Source of the DNA: a virus
Strand: one strand, 5' to 3'
IMG/VR virus record: IMGVR_UViG_3300025120_014916
Coordinates: 1 to 64,000 of that record
Length of the DNA stretch: 64,000 nt
Every line of letters starts with the position of its first letter. The stretch's first letter is position 1. This document shows, one piece after another, positions 20,519 through 30,951 of the stretch. The notes beneath the pieces were generated by a model. It ran no database searches and was not told the origin of the DNA. It was given only the letters and a program-made list of their open reading frames with translations. Position numbers and translations under genes: made by a program.

Positions 20519-20555
20519 AAAAATAAAAAATCCCTACATAGAATTGTAAGGATTT
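20519..20555 (-). terminator. Rho-independent terminator after the tail tube gene
   Basis: AAATCCTTACA-ATTCTA-TGTAGGGATTT plus U tract. The single non-Watson-Crick pair is G-U on the minus strand only. Confidence 0.8.
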
Positions 20556-20588
20556 AAATTTACTAGTAAAGGTAAATTATATTATAAA

Positions 20589-21077
20589 CTAGAATTGTAA
20601 AACGCAGTTGTCAAATGTTAGAGTTAAATCAATCATCATTATTTCATTACCGCTATAGTCTAAGCTTCCAAAGTTTGCTTGCTTAATAAACGCACCCTTT
20701 ATATCCCATAACTCAACTACAGTTCCAATTGGATCCAAAAGTTTTAATTGAATGTCTCTTTTGTAAAAGTCAGCGTAACCTGCACGACCTGAAACAGACT
20801 CATAATGCGTTCTGATCCATTCCATAACTTGTTGCGCGCCACTAGGAGCAATCGGGTCATGAAGTTGTACAGATATATCACCCATATCAAGCTTTCCAGA
20901 TATTTTACGATAACTATTAATATAGTCTATTTTCATGTCTTGAAGCGTGAAGTCAGGGCGTTTTGTTGTCTTAGCTAAAAATGAGTCAATACCTTCAATA
21001 GCAAGAACCCATCTATAATTTCTTTTAGGTTCAAACTTGTTGGGTAGCATGTCTGTTACTGATAGTGTTTCTGCCAT
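20589..21077 (-). CDS. Tail tube protein, T4 gp19-like
   Basis: FEPKRNYRWVL, LHDPIAPSGAQQVMEW, GRAGYADFYKRD, ELWDIKGAF. 162 aa, directly after the sheath genes. Confidence 0.9.
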   Translation of the reverse strand: MAETLSVTDMLPNKFEPKRNYRWVLAIEGIDSFLAKTTKRPDFTLQDMKIDYINSYRKISGKLDMGDISVQLHDPIAPSGAQQVMEWIRTHYESVSGRAGYADFYKRDIQLKLLDPIGTVVELWDIKGAFIKQANFGSLDYSGNEIMMIDLTLTFDNCVLQF

Positions 21078-21130
21078 TTTAAATCTCCTGAGATATTCTT
21101 ATATATTATTCAACTAGACTTTTTATTAGA

Positions 21131-24100
21131 TTAAAGAAGTTCTGAACCTGCATTTGTAACAACAAAGTCTAAAGCTACAAATTCTACTGTTCTTGTAGGT
21201 TGCAAGAATATTTTACCTCTGATCGTATTGTTTTCAACGTCAGCTTGCGTAGTCGTAGTCGTATCAATGACCACCTTATACCTATCAACACCACTTTGTG
21301 ATTGAATTCTTTGCAAAATAGGATTAACAAGCGCAGAGAATTTTTCTAAAGTTTCTACTCTATTAGGTTCAAATAACAAAGTATTAGCAATATTTCTAAC
21401 TTTTCTTCTAACATCAATAAGCAGCCTTCTAACGTTAACTCTATCCAATGCAGATGCGCCTTGGAGTAATGTTTTTTGTCCCCATACCGTAATACCGGTG
21501 CCTGGAAATGCAGTGATAGGATTAATATCTGCATCATAAAGATCATCTAAATTGTCTCTATTAAGTGTAACAGATGACATTTCTATAGAAGACAATGCGC
21601 CTCTTGAAAAACCAGCAGGAGCAGTCCATGGATGACCAACTACGTCATTTAAGCCGTAAGCACCCAGTACAGCAACTGAAGGTGGGACTTGAACAAATGC
21701 GCCTGTTTCCGGATCAACAGTTGTTAAGTCAGGAAAGTATGCAGCTGCAAATGAAGAGTCCAAAACGCGGTTTTTAAAATCATTAACTGTATTTAATACG
21801 TGAGGATTTTGCACTGACGCAGTAATCACTGTATTTACTGTGTCCCGCTCTTCAATATCCATGATGTAAAGTGAGTCAAATCTAGACTCAACAGCAGATA
21901 TTGCAAAGTCTGTTACAGAAGGATGCCGGATACCTGGGATTGCAAGTAATTTTATCTCTGCATCTGTTTTTGATCCCATAACATCTACAGCTTTACGATA
22001 AGCAGCAACTGTTGGACCGGATGTCTCTCCCTGCGCTGTATCTACCATTTCTCGTCTAACAGCGTTATTTGTTAACTCATACTTGTCTTTATTGAAAATG
22101 TTTGTACCGTCAAATCCGCCTTGCATAGGCAAGGTAAACTTGGCAAATTTTCTATTTGAAACTGTTTGCAAGTCTGTCGCTTTAAATTTTCTAGTTTTTG
22201 CATCTTCATCTGCAGAAATACTTCCTTGACGCATATATTCAGCACTAGTCCAACTACCTGGATTTGCTCTGGTGTTTGAACCGGTTATAACCTTAATCTT
22301 TTCTAAACTAAACCTATTGTTGTTAAATCTGTCGCAATCTAAAACTGTACCACCAGTTAAGTCTGCTGCTCCAGCATTGTTTCCAATAGCAAAAGGTGTT
22401 ACTGACTTTCTATGATTTGGAAAATGTTTGCTATAAGTTCGAATAGACTCGTCAAATGCTGCTGTTTTACTTGGATCTAAAGGTGTTGTAAATTGTTCAG
22501 TTTTCATACCCCAATATAACCCGGTATCTATAACTTGATTCAATCCTGTACCTTTTGCGACCTTTTTTCTCATTGGGAAGGGAGGCTCAACAACACGTTG
22601 AATTAAATCAGTTGTCGCGTAAACAGATCCGTTGTCTCCTGACAGTAATGAACCGCTAGAGTTAAGGTGTCTAGGCCCTCTAAATCCAAACGGAAGTGCT
22701 TCTTTGGGTACTTCTTTCTTTTTTAATGCATTTGATAATTCAACCCTAACATATCTAGACCGGCTTGGATGAACACCATCGACAATAAGTTTTTGAGATT
22801 CTAGATCATTATCAAAGTTAAAGAATATATGCTGATCACCTATTACTCTACCAATATACCTGTCTGCACCCGGGTCTAAAGAAAGACCTCTGTGGGATTC
22901 TAAAACCTTTTTGACATCGTCAGTATCATTAAACTTTCTAATAATTAGGTCAAAGCTACCATACGCTTCTGTTCTATATACTAAGTTTTCAATTGACGCC
23001 TTATATCTTTGTCCGCCCGACTCACCACTATCTAATGCAACAAGCTTGAAAAGGTCATACCCGCCTGGGGAATCAAAACCTTGTGATATCACGAAAGGTG
23101 ACTCTGCATGTGTGAATCTGTCTTGAAAGTCCTCATAATCAGCATGCTCAGCAGTTGTTGCTCCGCCTCTTACCTGAGAACCAGTTAATAAGAATGCAAT
23201 ATCTAGTTTTCCACTGTTTTCAGATCCTGCAGTTAGTGCGCCGCTACCCGTCACGTTTGCAACAGTTGGGTATATATCGTATTGTCCGTAGAGCAAGTGT
23301 CCTTTTTCTTCTATCTTAAGTGGGTCTTTGTTAAATACATCGACAAAATAGCTAGTTGAAGTCATATCAAAAGATGCTGTTACGATTGTTGGATTTGATG
23401 CATCGCCTTTGAAACCGTTCATTAACATAACAAAGTCTTGTGATGATAAGTCAACTGAACCGGTTACACCACCTTTTCGACCCATAAGATCACCAGAAGT
23501 AGCAATTGCAGTGTCTGTGACGCCTGGCGCGCCTGGTGCAGCCATGTTGTTTCCACTAAGATGTAGTATAACGCCACTTGGTGCTAAAAGAACACCACGA
23601 AGAATAGGAACAGCGCCGCCGGCCTCACCAGACAATGCACCGTCATTTGCCATTGTACCACCAGTATCATCAATTCGAATTGGATTTCCGTATGCGCCGT
23701 TACCCGCCAAACCTGGGTTTCTTGCCTTTATTGTAATTTTTCCGTCGCCCGTGCCTTCTTCAAATGTAATACGACTTATAAGATTTGCAACGTCAGCACC
23801 CTGTGTTGTTAATGCTTGGTCGACGCCTGTATTGATTAGCGCTAACAATTGAGTTCTAACTGTATTAGCAACAGATGGGGTTGATAAGGTCAATCCGCTT
23901 GTACCTACTCCAATTGTTCTAGCAGCAGCTGATCCAGCTGCTTGAGCTACAGCGCCAGTAGAATCACCGGTATTTAGCTTAATATATAACGCTGCTGCTC
24001 CACCTGGCCCAGGAACACCAAAGTGAGGAATAGATATCTGAACTTCACTATTCTGGGCACCAACTAGTAAGTTAATTGCATCAACTCTAGTTGCAAATGT

Positions 24101-24583
24101 ATTTGCTTGTTGTATTCCAGCCTCAGAAAAGATTGTGCTTCCGTTCGATTCAGACATGAATGTGCCTAAGAAATATGTACGACCTTTAACACCTGCTGTC
24201 TCATTTGAGAATGGGTTGTTACCTAGGAAGCCGCTGTCTTGAACTATTTTGTCGCCTACTGAGAATCCCGCGTTTGTTACAATGCCTGTTCCCGAGTCTC
24301 TCTTTTTTCCGTCTCCAATCCCCAATACTCTAATATAAGTTCCAGCTCGTGATGATCTCATCCACTCGTTAACAGCAAGAGGGCCAAACTTTTTACCGTC
24401 AGTAGCGCCAAAAATTGTAACAAAGTCTGAAAACGATCCAAATGTCAAGGGGACAAATGCTGGGCCTTCAACTGATGTACCGATGACACCTGCTGGGACA
24501 CCTTGAGGAGTTTGTGGAGTTGGACCAGAAAGATCTATTTCTCTTGTGCTGACTCCAGCTGATTTGAATGTTAATTCTGCCAT
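21131..24583 (-). CDS. Tail sheath protein (paralogue A, 1150 aa)
   Basis: SAGVSTREID, GVIGTSVEGPAFVP, C-terminal PWTAPAGFSRG, INPI, WGQKTL, LDRVNVRRLL, LFEPN. Confidence 0.93.
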   Translation of the reverse strand: MAELTFKSAGVSTREIDLSGPTPQTPQGVPAGVIGTSVEGPAFVPLTFGSFSDFVTIFGATDGKKFGPLAVNEWMRSSRAGTYIRVLGIGDGKKRDSGTGIVTNAGFSVGDKIVQDSGFLGNNPFSNETAGVKGRTYFLGTFMSESNGSTIFSEAGIQQANTFATRVDAINLLVGAQNSEVQISIPHFGVPGPGGAAALYIKLNTGDSTGAVAQAAGSAAARTIGVGTSGLTLSTPSVANTVRTQLLALINTGVDQALTTQGADVANLISRITFEEGTGDGKITIKARNPGLAGNGAYGNPIRIDDTGGTMANDGALSGEAGGAVPILRGVLLAPSGVILHLSGNNMAAPGAPGVTDTAIATSGDLMGRKGGVTGSVDLSSQDFVMLMNGFKGDASNPTIVTASFDMTSTSYFVDVFNKDPLKIEEKGHLLYGQYDIYPTVANVTGSGALTAGSENSGKLDIAFLLTGSQVRGGATTAEHADYEDFQDRFTHAESPFVISQGFDSPGGYDLFKLVALDSGESGGQRYKASIENLVYRTEAYGSFDLIIRKFNDTDDVKKVLESHRGLSLDPGADRYIGRVIGDQHIFFNFDNDLESQKLIVDGVHPSRSRYVRVELSNALKKKEVPKEALPFGFRGPRHLNSSGSLLSGDNGSVYATTDLIQRVVEPPFPMRKKVAKGTGLNQVIDTGLYWGMKTEQFTTPLDPSKTAAFDESIRTYSKHFPNHRKSVTPFAIGNNAGAADLTGGTVLDCDRFNNNRFSLEKIKVITGSNTRANPGSWTSAEYMRQGSISADEDAKTRKFKATDLQTVSNRKFAKFTLPMQGGFDGTNIFNKDKYELTNNAVRREMVDTAQGETSGPTVAAYRKAVDVMGSKTDAEIKLLAIPGIRHPSVTDFAISAVESRFDSLYIMDIEERDTVNTVITASVQNPHVLNTVNDFKNRVLDSSFAAAYFPDLTTVDPETGAFVQVPPSVAVLGAYGLNDVVGHPWTAPAGFSRGALSSIEMSSVTLNRDNLDDLYDADINPITAFPGTGITVWGQKTLLQGASALDRVNVRRLLIDVRRKVRNIANTLLFEPNRVETLEKFSALVNPILQRIQSQSGVDRYKVVIDTTTTTQADVENNTIRGKIFLQPTRTVEFVALDFVVTNAGSELL

Positions 24584-24606
24584 TTAAATTCTCCGATTAT
24601 ATTCTT

Positions 24607-24614
24607 ATAATTAT
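24607..24614 (-). promoter_or_regulatory. Putative late promoter motif ATAATTAT before sheath A
   Basis: One member of a recurring ATANTTA(T/A) motif found 15-50 nt upstream of structural genes. Confidence 0.45.
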
Positions 24615-24619
24615 ATATA

Positions 24620-27600
24620 TTACTCAAAACTAACACCTGAATTTGTAATAATAAAATCCATTGCAATAAATTCTATTGCTCTTGTTGGTACTAATATTAT
24701 TTTACCGTTAAGTCTATTTTGTTCAACATCTAATTGCGTGTTATTTGATGCATCCATAACTACTCTAAATTGATCAACACCTTGTTGAACCTGAATATTT
24801 GATAAAGCTGGCGTAACTTCTGCAACAAATCTATTTCTTGTGCTAGGCGTATTTTGTTCAAATACTATTCTATTTGCAATATCAGAAACTATCCGTTTTA
24901 CTTCTAGGAGCATTCTTCTAACATTTACTCTGTCAAGTGCTGATCTAGATTGTTGAAGTGTTTTTTGTCCGAATATAACAAAAGGACCGGTAGGAAAGTT
25001 TGCAATAGGATTAATTCTTGCTTCGTATAGGATGTTTCTATCTTCAGTATTTAATCTAACTTCTGTATTAATAACTTCATTTAGTGCGCCTCTATTAAAT
25101 CCTGCAGGAGCAAACCACGGATATGCAATTGCGTCGTTATACGCTAATGCACCTAGTGCAGCAACTGACGCCGGCATATTGACTGCATCACCATTGATTC
25201 TGTCGTTTTTAATAACATCAGGAAAATATGTTGCAACATAATTGTTGTCAATAGCACGACCATCAAATTGTTCCACGGTTTTTCTAACATTTGGTCTTGT
25301 TGTACTATCATCAAATATTGTGTTCAGATTGTCATCGTATGCGTTGATATCCATTATATATATTGCTTTACTATATTCTTTTGCCAATTGGCCTATATGA
25401 TCTGTTACATAATTGGAACGAATGCCCGGAGTTGCAATAACATTGACTCTTGAAGCTAGCGGATCAGTTATAATCTTTCCAGCAGTTTTATAAGATGAAA
25501 TAATATTATTGTCATCACCTTGACCTGACGTATATCCAGTACCGTTACTAGAATTAAATATTTTAAGAGGCCCATGGTCAGATCCAGCTGCTTTTCCGCC
25601 GGCTGCTGAATCATTTGAGCTCGCCTTGTCATTCATAAGTCGCATATCACGATCAAGAATATTTAAACCGTCAAACCCACCATACATAATGTTTGTAAAT
25701 TTAAGATAATCTGTAAATCTATTAAAATATTTATATTCTGTTGATGCCATCAATGAAGCAAATGTTAATCTTCGCGTAAAGCCTACATCAACAACTGTGC
25801 TGTTTGGAGAAACTAGCTCTGCGTTTCTAATATATGCTGCTTCTCTCATATGTTCGTTTGCAGATCCTGTTATTTCATTTTTAAGTGCATCTTCAAGATT
25901 TGCTGTTGCGTCAGACTGATTATTTAAACACACACGCGCTAAAGTAAATTTATTATTATTAAATGCATCTGCACCCGAACCTGTAACAAGTGTGTCTAGT
26001 TTTTGAATTCCTAGTAACTTTGAATAACTTTCAATAATTTTATTGACCCCACCGTATCCGTTTGGATAAAGTGCAGGCTGACCAATACTTCCAGTTAATC
26101 CTATTCTTTGTGTTTTAACACCCCAGAAATATCTATTATCTGAAAGTTCTAAAGAGCCTGGTTGTCCTGTAAACGTTGGACTGGATGCAACCTTTCCTTT
26201 TGTAGCTTTAAAAGTAAAAGGAATCGGAGGTACGATTGAATGTGTTATTTGTGCATCATTCGCAGTACCCGCCGCAACAAATGATAGTCGTGAACGATTT
26301 GAACCCATGGAAAGTACAGCAGTACCGTCAGTTAGATTGTCATTTAACTTAAGAACAGGTAGGCCTCTAAACCCAAAAGGAAGCGAACTTTTTGGAATTA
26401 ATCCATCTTCTACAGCCGAATTCATTATTATTCTAACATATGAAGACCGGTTTGGTCGCATACCAGATACAACAGCTCTTTTTTCTGATTCAGTGGCAGC
26501 ATCAAAGTTGTAGTAAGCTTTCATGTCACCTATTTTTTTACCTACATAATCGTCGCTGGCTGGATTTAAAGTACACAAGGAATACATTTCAAGAATGTTC
26601 ATATCCCGGTCATTGTCTCGAAGGTCTCTAACTAGAACAGAAAAAGTACCGTACGGATCTTTTATATTCGTTGATCTTCTAATGTTTGATATACTAATTT
26701 TTACTCTTTTGTTGCCTATTTCACCGTCATCTAACGCTTCAAAGTGAAAAAGATCGTATTCGTTTGCACCAAATGGCTGTGATATAAATGAAGTTGTTCT
26801 AGCTGTTTGATATCTTGTTTTAAAGTTTCCAAAAAGATCTCTAAAAGACGTAGTTGAAAGACCGCTATTTGCACTAGTTCCTTCTGAACCTGATGCTATA
26901 ATAACAGAATAATTTGTAGCAGCTGATGGGTCATGCTTTACTTTTGCAATTTCAGATTCAACTGGAAAATCTAAATAGAGGAAATGCTGTGTTTCCTCAA
27001 ATCTATCTGGGTTTGTATTTAAAACTTTTGCAACATAGTATTCGCTGGTAGGATCAAGTGATGCTGTAACGATCTTTATTCCAGGTTTTCCTTCGTCAGA
27101 TGAAAACGAAGCACCTTGTGACGACGATATAACTAGTTTAAATGTACCTTGTATATCTGTTCCATTGTATGATTTAATTGCTGCGACGTCGTTAGTTGTA
27201 GACGTACCAGAATAACTAGCATCGTGGCTTAAAATTTCTATTCGTGAAGCTGTTGTTGGAAAAATTGCAGCACGAACAAGATTTACTTCGAGCGGATCAG
27301 GAAAAGAATTATTGTCTGTAAATCTTAAATCTCCAACACCTTCTTCAGACGCTAATACTTCGTGTGTTGCAGCAATAAATTGAACTGCGCCTCTATGCCT
27401 ACCTAATGTATCTGGCGCGCCGGCAAGTGTACCTTCTATAACATAGCCGGCGTTCTTAACAGTTCCTGCTAATTCTGTTGTCTGTATATCTGCAATTGAG
27501 TTGTTTGCGCCTGCTCCTAAAACTCTAATATATGTTAAAGCAGTCTTGTGCTTAAGAAAAGCATCAGCTGCATAAGGTCCGAATCTATCCGGATCCAAGG

Positions 27601-27775
27601 TGCCAAACTTAAATTCAAAGTCTGAAAAAGATCCAACTGTCACAGGCACAAAAGCAGGGCCCCTCTCAGCAGTCCCAATAACTCCACCGGGGACGCCTTC
27701 AATAGTTGTTTCTCTTGCACTTAGATCAATTTCTCTTTCAAAAAATCCGGGTGATCTGAATGTTTGTTCTTTCAT
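24620..27775 (-). CDS. Tail sheath protein (paralogue B, 1051 aa)
   Basis: SPGFFEREID, GVIGTAERGPAFVP, PWFAPAGFNRG, INPI, FGQKTL, LDRVNVRRML, VFEQN. Confidence 0.93.
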   Translation of the reverse strand: MKEQTFRSPGFFEREIDLSARETTIEGVPGGVIGTAERGPAFVPVTVGSFSDFEFKFGTLDPDRFGPYAADAFLKHKTALTYIRVLGAGANNSIADIQTTELAGTVKNAGYVIEGTLAGAPDTLGRHRGAVQFIAATHEVLASEEGVGDLRFTDNNSFPDPLEVNLVRAAIFPTTASRIEILSHDASYSGTSTTNDVAAIKSYNGTDIQGTFKLVISSSQGASFSSDEGKPGIKIVTASLDPTSEYYVAKVLNTNPDRFEETQHFLYLDFPVESEIAKVKHDPSAATNYSVIIASGSEGTSANSGLSTTSFRDLFGNFKTRYQTARTTSFISQPFGANEYDLFHFEALDDGEIGNKRVKISISNIRRSTNIKDPYGTFSVLVRDLRDNDRDMNILEMYSLCTLNPASDDYVGKKIGDMKAYYNFDAATESEKRAVVSGMRPNRSSYVRIIMNSAVEDGLIPKSSLPFGFRGLPVLKLNDNLTDGTAVLSMGSNRSRLSFVAAGTANDAQITHSIVPPIPFTFKATKGKVASSPTFTGQPGSLELSDNRYFWGVKTQRIGLTGSIGQPALYPNGYGGVNKIIESYSKLLGIQKLDTLVTGSGADAFNNNKFTLARVCLNNQSDATANLEDALKNEITGSANEHMREAAYIRNAELVSPNSTVVDVGFTRRLTFASLMASTEYKYFNRFTDYLKFTNIMYGGFDGLNILDRDMRLMNDKASSNDSAAGGKAAGSDHGPLKIFNSSNGTGYTSGQGDDNNIISSYKTAGKIITDPLASRVNVIATPGIRSNYVTDHIGQLAKEYSKAIYIMDINAYDDNLNTIFDDSTTRPNVRKTVEQFDGRAIDNNYVATYFPDVIKNDRINGDAVNMPASVAALGALAYNDAIAYPWFAPAGFNRGALNEVINTEVRLNTEDRNILYEARINPIANFPTGPFVIFGQKTLQQSRSALDRVNVRRMLLEVKRIVSDIANRIVFEQNTPSTRNRFVAEVTPALSNIQVQQGVDQFRVVMDASNNTQLDVEQNRLNGKIILVPTRAIEFIAMDFIITNSGVSFE

Positions 27776-27796
27776 TATTCACTCCTCAATATATTC

Positions 27797-27804
27797 ATAA
27801 CTAT
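27797..27804 (-). promoter_or_regulatory. Putative late promoter motif ATAGTTAT before sheath B
   Basis: Same recurring motif, followed by a GAGGAG RBS. Confidence 0.45.
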
Positions 27805-27831
27805 CTTCTTCCTTATCAAAAAACTGCTATT

Positions 27832-29031
27832 TTACTCATTCTGGTTTTCAATATCTTTAATTATTAAAGAAGAACCTACAGTTTCTCCTTTTCTTTGATT
27901 TCTGTGTCTGATTTTTGAAAACTGAATGGTTTCTTCACCAGTAAACGGGTTGACGATTCTTTCCTCGATCACTGGTGACAAGTCGCCTCTTTTGTTTTCC
28001 TCTAAAGGGTTTGTTAAGTCTTGAAGTACATTTTTTTTAAACATATCTTTTTTCCTTTCTGGCTGATTATTTTCTACTATTTTTGCAAATGGTTCTTGAT
28101 ATCCAAAGTCAATAGTCGGTGCTGAAAAATAAGATCGCGCAAGATTAGGAAGTCCAGGATTTTTAGGATTAAGTATATAACCCGGTATCGTAAGACTAAT
28201 ACTATTTTTGACTATTCTTTCATCGTCTGAGTAATTATCAAAATTGGATGCATTTGTAAAGCTTGTTTCAAAAAAAGCAATTAATTCATAGCCTGTGTCT
28301 GTTTTCATTGCTATTTCTTGACCTTGACCGTCAAAGTTAAAGATAAGTGTTTCCATCATTTGATTTGCTTGTTGAATATATTGTGTCCAGAAAGTTACTT
28401 CGTAAGTTATTGCAATAAATTCTGGATATGGAATATCAATTATTTCAAAAATATTATTTCCTAAACTAGCATCTAGGTTTATAAGCCCTGCCTGCGAAGA
28501 AAAGCTAATATTGTTACCGTTCCTCCTAGAAGCTTGTTCGTCGTTCTTAGCAACGTTACCGGGCACAATATCGTTAAGTACAAAAGCACGCCTAGAAGAT
28601 ACATTTTTTTGATTTGTTAAACCTATCTTATTTATAACATTTTGATAATTTCTATCTTTTTTGCTTAATCTTTTTTTAATTGTGTATGAAGGTTGGTTTC
28701 TAAAAGAAATTGCTGTGCCTTTTCCTTTTTGATCTGCAGAAAAGTCTATGTCGTTTCTTATTATAGATATTAAAGGCAAGATTAAAGCATTGTTCTTATC
28801 TCTTATAGGATTTTTTCTACGTGTAAGTGCGAATCTTTCGCCCGAAGCGAAAACAACTGGTACTTTTTTAGATTCTTTTTTTTGCGTTGTTTGAAAATTT
28901 AATTTTGCATCAAATAACTTAAATACTGCTCTATCAATATCTTCTATTCCAATACTTGGAAAATCAAAGTCTTCTGGGGGATTATCACCTTCAAACTTTT
29001 TAATAACTTTATCACCTTTTTTAGTACTCAT
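27832..29031 (-). CDS. Tail completion / terminator protein (gp15-like position)
   Basis: VPVVFASGERF, LPLISIIR, IPYPEFIAITYEVTFWT. Lies between neck and sheath genes. Confidence 0.55.
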   Translation of the reverse strand: MSTKKGDKVIKKFEGDNPPEDFDFPSIGIEDIDRAVFKLFDAKLNFQTTQKKESKKVPVVFASGERFALTRRKNPIRDKNNALILPLISIIRNDIDFSADQKGKGTAISFRNQPSYTIKKRLSKKDRNYQNVINKIGLTNQKNVSSRRAFVLNDIVPGNVAKNDEQASRRNGNNISFSSQAGLINLDASLGNNIFEIIDIPYPEFIAITYEVTFWTQYIQQANQMMETLIFNFDGQGQEIAMKTDTGYELIAFFETSFTNASNFDNYSDDERIVKNSISLTIPGYILNPKNPGLPNLARSYFSAPTIDFGYQEPFAKIVENNQPERKKDMFKKNVLQDLTNPLEENKRGDLSPVIEERIVNPFTGEETIQFSKIRHRNQRKGETVGSSLIIKDIENQNE

Positions 29032-29696
29032 TTATCATCTCCGTAAAAAGACGATCCTGCGCCTGTTTCGTCACCCTTAGGTGAAACCTCCCTAGGACCG
29101 GTTAAAGGTGATTCAAGAACTCCATTTTTCTGAAGATCTCTTACGTCGTTAGTTTTCCCTTCGCTATTTTCAGATTGCCCTCTTTGCTGCACAAACGTTT
29201 CTTGAACTGCGTCTGCATCTGTGTACTGTTCTGATGTTGGACCAAAAACTTTTGAAATAAACTGCCCTTTTCTTGATTGTTTTGCTTTTACTGAAATATA
29301 TCGTCCATGTTCTATTTGTCCAAATATAACGTCTGCGTTTGGGCTTTGTGTGACTTCAAAAAATACTGAACCGTATGAGAAGAAATCACCTTCAAGTACT
29401 TCTATCTTCTTATCTAATAAGTCTCGAGACTGTATGTAGACTTCGACAGAATAATACTTTTCTGATCCAAATCTATCGGTTGTTGTAGCAGGTGCTTCAT
29501 ATTTTACAAAACAATCAATTTCAATAGGGTTATCAAATATCTTTTCTGGTGATTCTTCATATACATCATGTACTTTTGACTTGATCTCACTTATTGGGAA
29601 GTAATAGATTTTTTGACCGACGACATCTTTAACCAACTCCTTTGCAATATCGTTAATAAAATTAATCTCTCTTGGCGTAATAAAAAATCTACTCAT
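29028..29696 (-). CDS. Head completion / neck protein (gp14-like)
   Basis: ELVKDVVGQKIYYFPIS...VYEES...FDNPIEI...EGDFF. ATGA overlap with the next gene. Confidence 0.6.
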   Translation of the reverse strand: MSRFFITPREINFINDIAKELVKDVVGQKIYYFPISEIKSKVHDVYEESPEKIFDNPIEIDCFVKYEAPATTTDRFGSEKYYSVEVYIQSRDLLDKKIEVLEGDFFSYGSVFFEVTQSPNADVIFGQIEHGRYISVKAKQSRKGQFISKVFGPTSEQYTDADAVQETFVQQRGQSENSEGKTNDVRDLQKNGVLESPLTGPREVSPKGDETGAGSSFYGDDK

Positions 29697-29699
29697 ATT

Positions 29700-30872
29700 T
29701 TATCCTAGAAATATTGCTGAACCATTAGGCATTGGCACATACTTTAGCTGTTTATTCATATTTTCTGCTCTTGTTGCCTGCATTTCTATTAATTTGTCGT
29801 AAGTCATAGTATCTAACATTTCACGGAGTGTTGTTATTAACTTATCCTTATCTTCTCTTCCCTGACTGATCAATTCAGTACCATTTAAACTAACCTCAGC
29901 ACCCGGTACGGGAATACTTCCAAATTTTGATCTAATTAAACCTAATATTTCCCTACACAATGCAACTGTAAATTGTCTAATCCACTGGCGCCCAATTGAA
30001 TTAATTTTATTGTACTGTATGTTACCAAACGGTAGATTGCCCATATTTGAAACGCCAAATATTGTTGCGTCTTTGTAAGAAGGTGAATTAGGATCAGGAT
30101 ATTGTCTAACTCTAAGCCACATCTTATTTTGTCTTCCTGAAGGACACGGAAACAATCTTATTTTTGTACCTTCCACTCTATAACTATAGTTTGATCTTCT
30201 TACTCTGTTTGATAAATCGAGCTGGCCAGCTCTTAATATGTCTTCAAAGACTGGTAGCACATAAAAAATTGTTTCCGGCGTAAAAGATTCAAAACTAAAT
30301 TCATTATTAAGATAATTTATTGCTGATGTTGTATCAAAAAATCTATATGCTGCTTGCGGATTAAAATGGTATACCTCGGCTATTTTTATTTTACCCTTTG
30401 CACTATTAAATACTAGCGTACCGTCTTCTTTTTTTAATTCTGTATAAATGTCATAGTCTTGTTGTCCGGGTTTTAAAGTAATAGACCCAGATGTTGTATT
30501 GTAAGAGCCTCCGATACCTGCTTCCATAGCATAAGGTTCCGCAAATCTTGTCAAGTATTCTAGGTTATCTCTAGGATACTTTTCTTGCGAATTTGTTTCC
30601 ATATGAGGTTTTTCATCGCTTCCAGTTGGAAAGCCTAAATAATTAACTAATTGAGATTTAGCCTGAAATTGGTTAAGAATTGAACTATATTCTAATACTG
30701 CTTCTTCAAATGCACCAAATATTTGCTTTTTTGTGAGCTCGACAGAAAGAATATCATCACCCATCTTACGCTTAACAAAAGTAACCATATTGTCAGCCTC
30801 AGTAATAAAATCACCCTCAGCATCATAAAATCCAAACGGAGTTGGATTAGTAATTTGAGCAAATGTAGCCAT
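29700..30872 (-). CDS. Neck / head-tail adaptor protein (gp13-like)
   Basis: VKRKMGDDILSVELT, WIRQFTVALCREILGLIRSKF..IPVPG..VSLNG..L. Confidence 0.7.
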   Translation of the reverse strand: MATFAQITNPTPFGFYDAEGDFITEADNMVTFVKRKMGDDILSVELTKKQIFGAFEEAVLEYSSILNQFQAKSQLVNYLGFPTGSDEKPHMETNSQEKYPRDNLEYLTRFAEPYAMEAGIGGSYNTTSGSITLKPGQQDYDIYTELKKEDGTLVFNSAKGKIKIAEVYHFNPQAAYRFFDTTSAINYLNNEFSFESFTPETIFYVLPVFEDILRAGQLDLSNRVRRSNYSYRVEGTKIRLFPCPSGRQNKMWLRVRQYPDPNSPSYKDATIFGVSNMGNLPFGNIQYNKINSIGRQWIRQFTVALCREILGLIRSKFGSIPVPGAEVSLNGTELISQGREDKDKLITTLREMLDTMTYDKLIEMQATRAENMNKQLKYVPMPNGSAIFLG

Positions 30873-30951
30873 GCTGCATCCTCTTAAAGTTAAAAAATCT
30901 TCGCTATTAATATATATGCAAACTCAACAAGACTGTCTAATTTTAAAGAAA

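Noticed and set aside
13207-29031. Bacterial extracellular contractile injection system (suggested by two sheaths, LysM and tube)
   Set aside because: The locus is contiguous with portal, terminase, protease, capsid and replication genes, so it is a phage tail.
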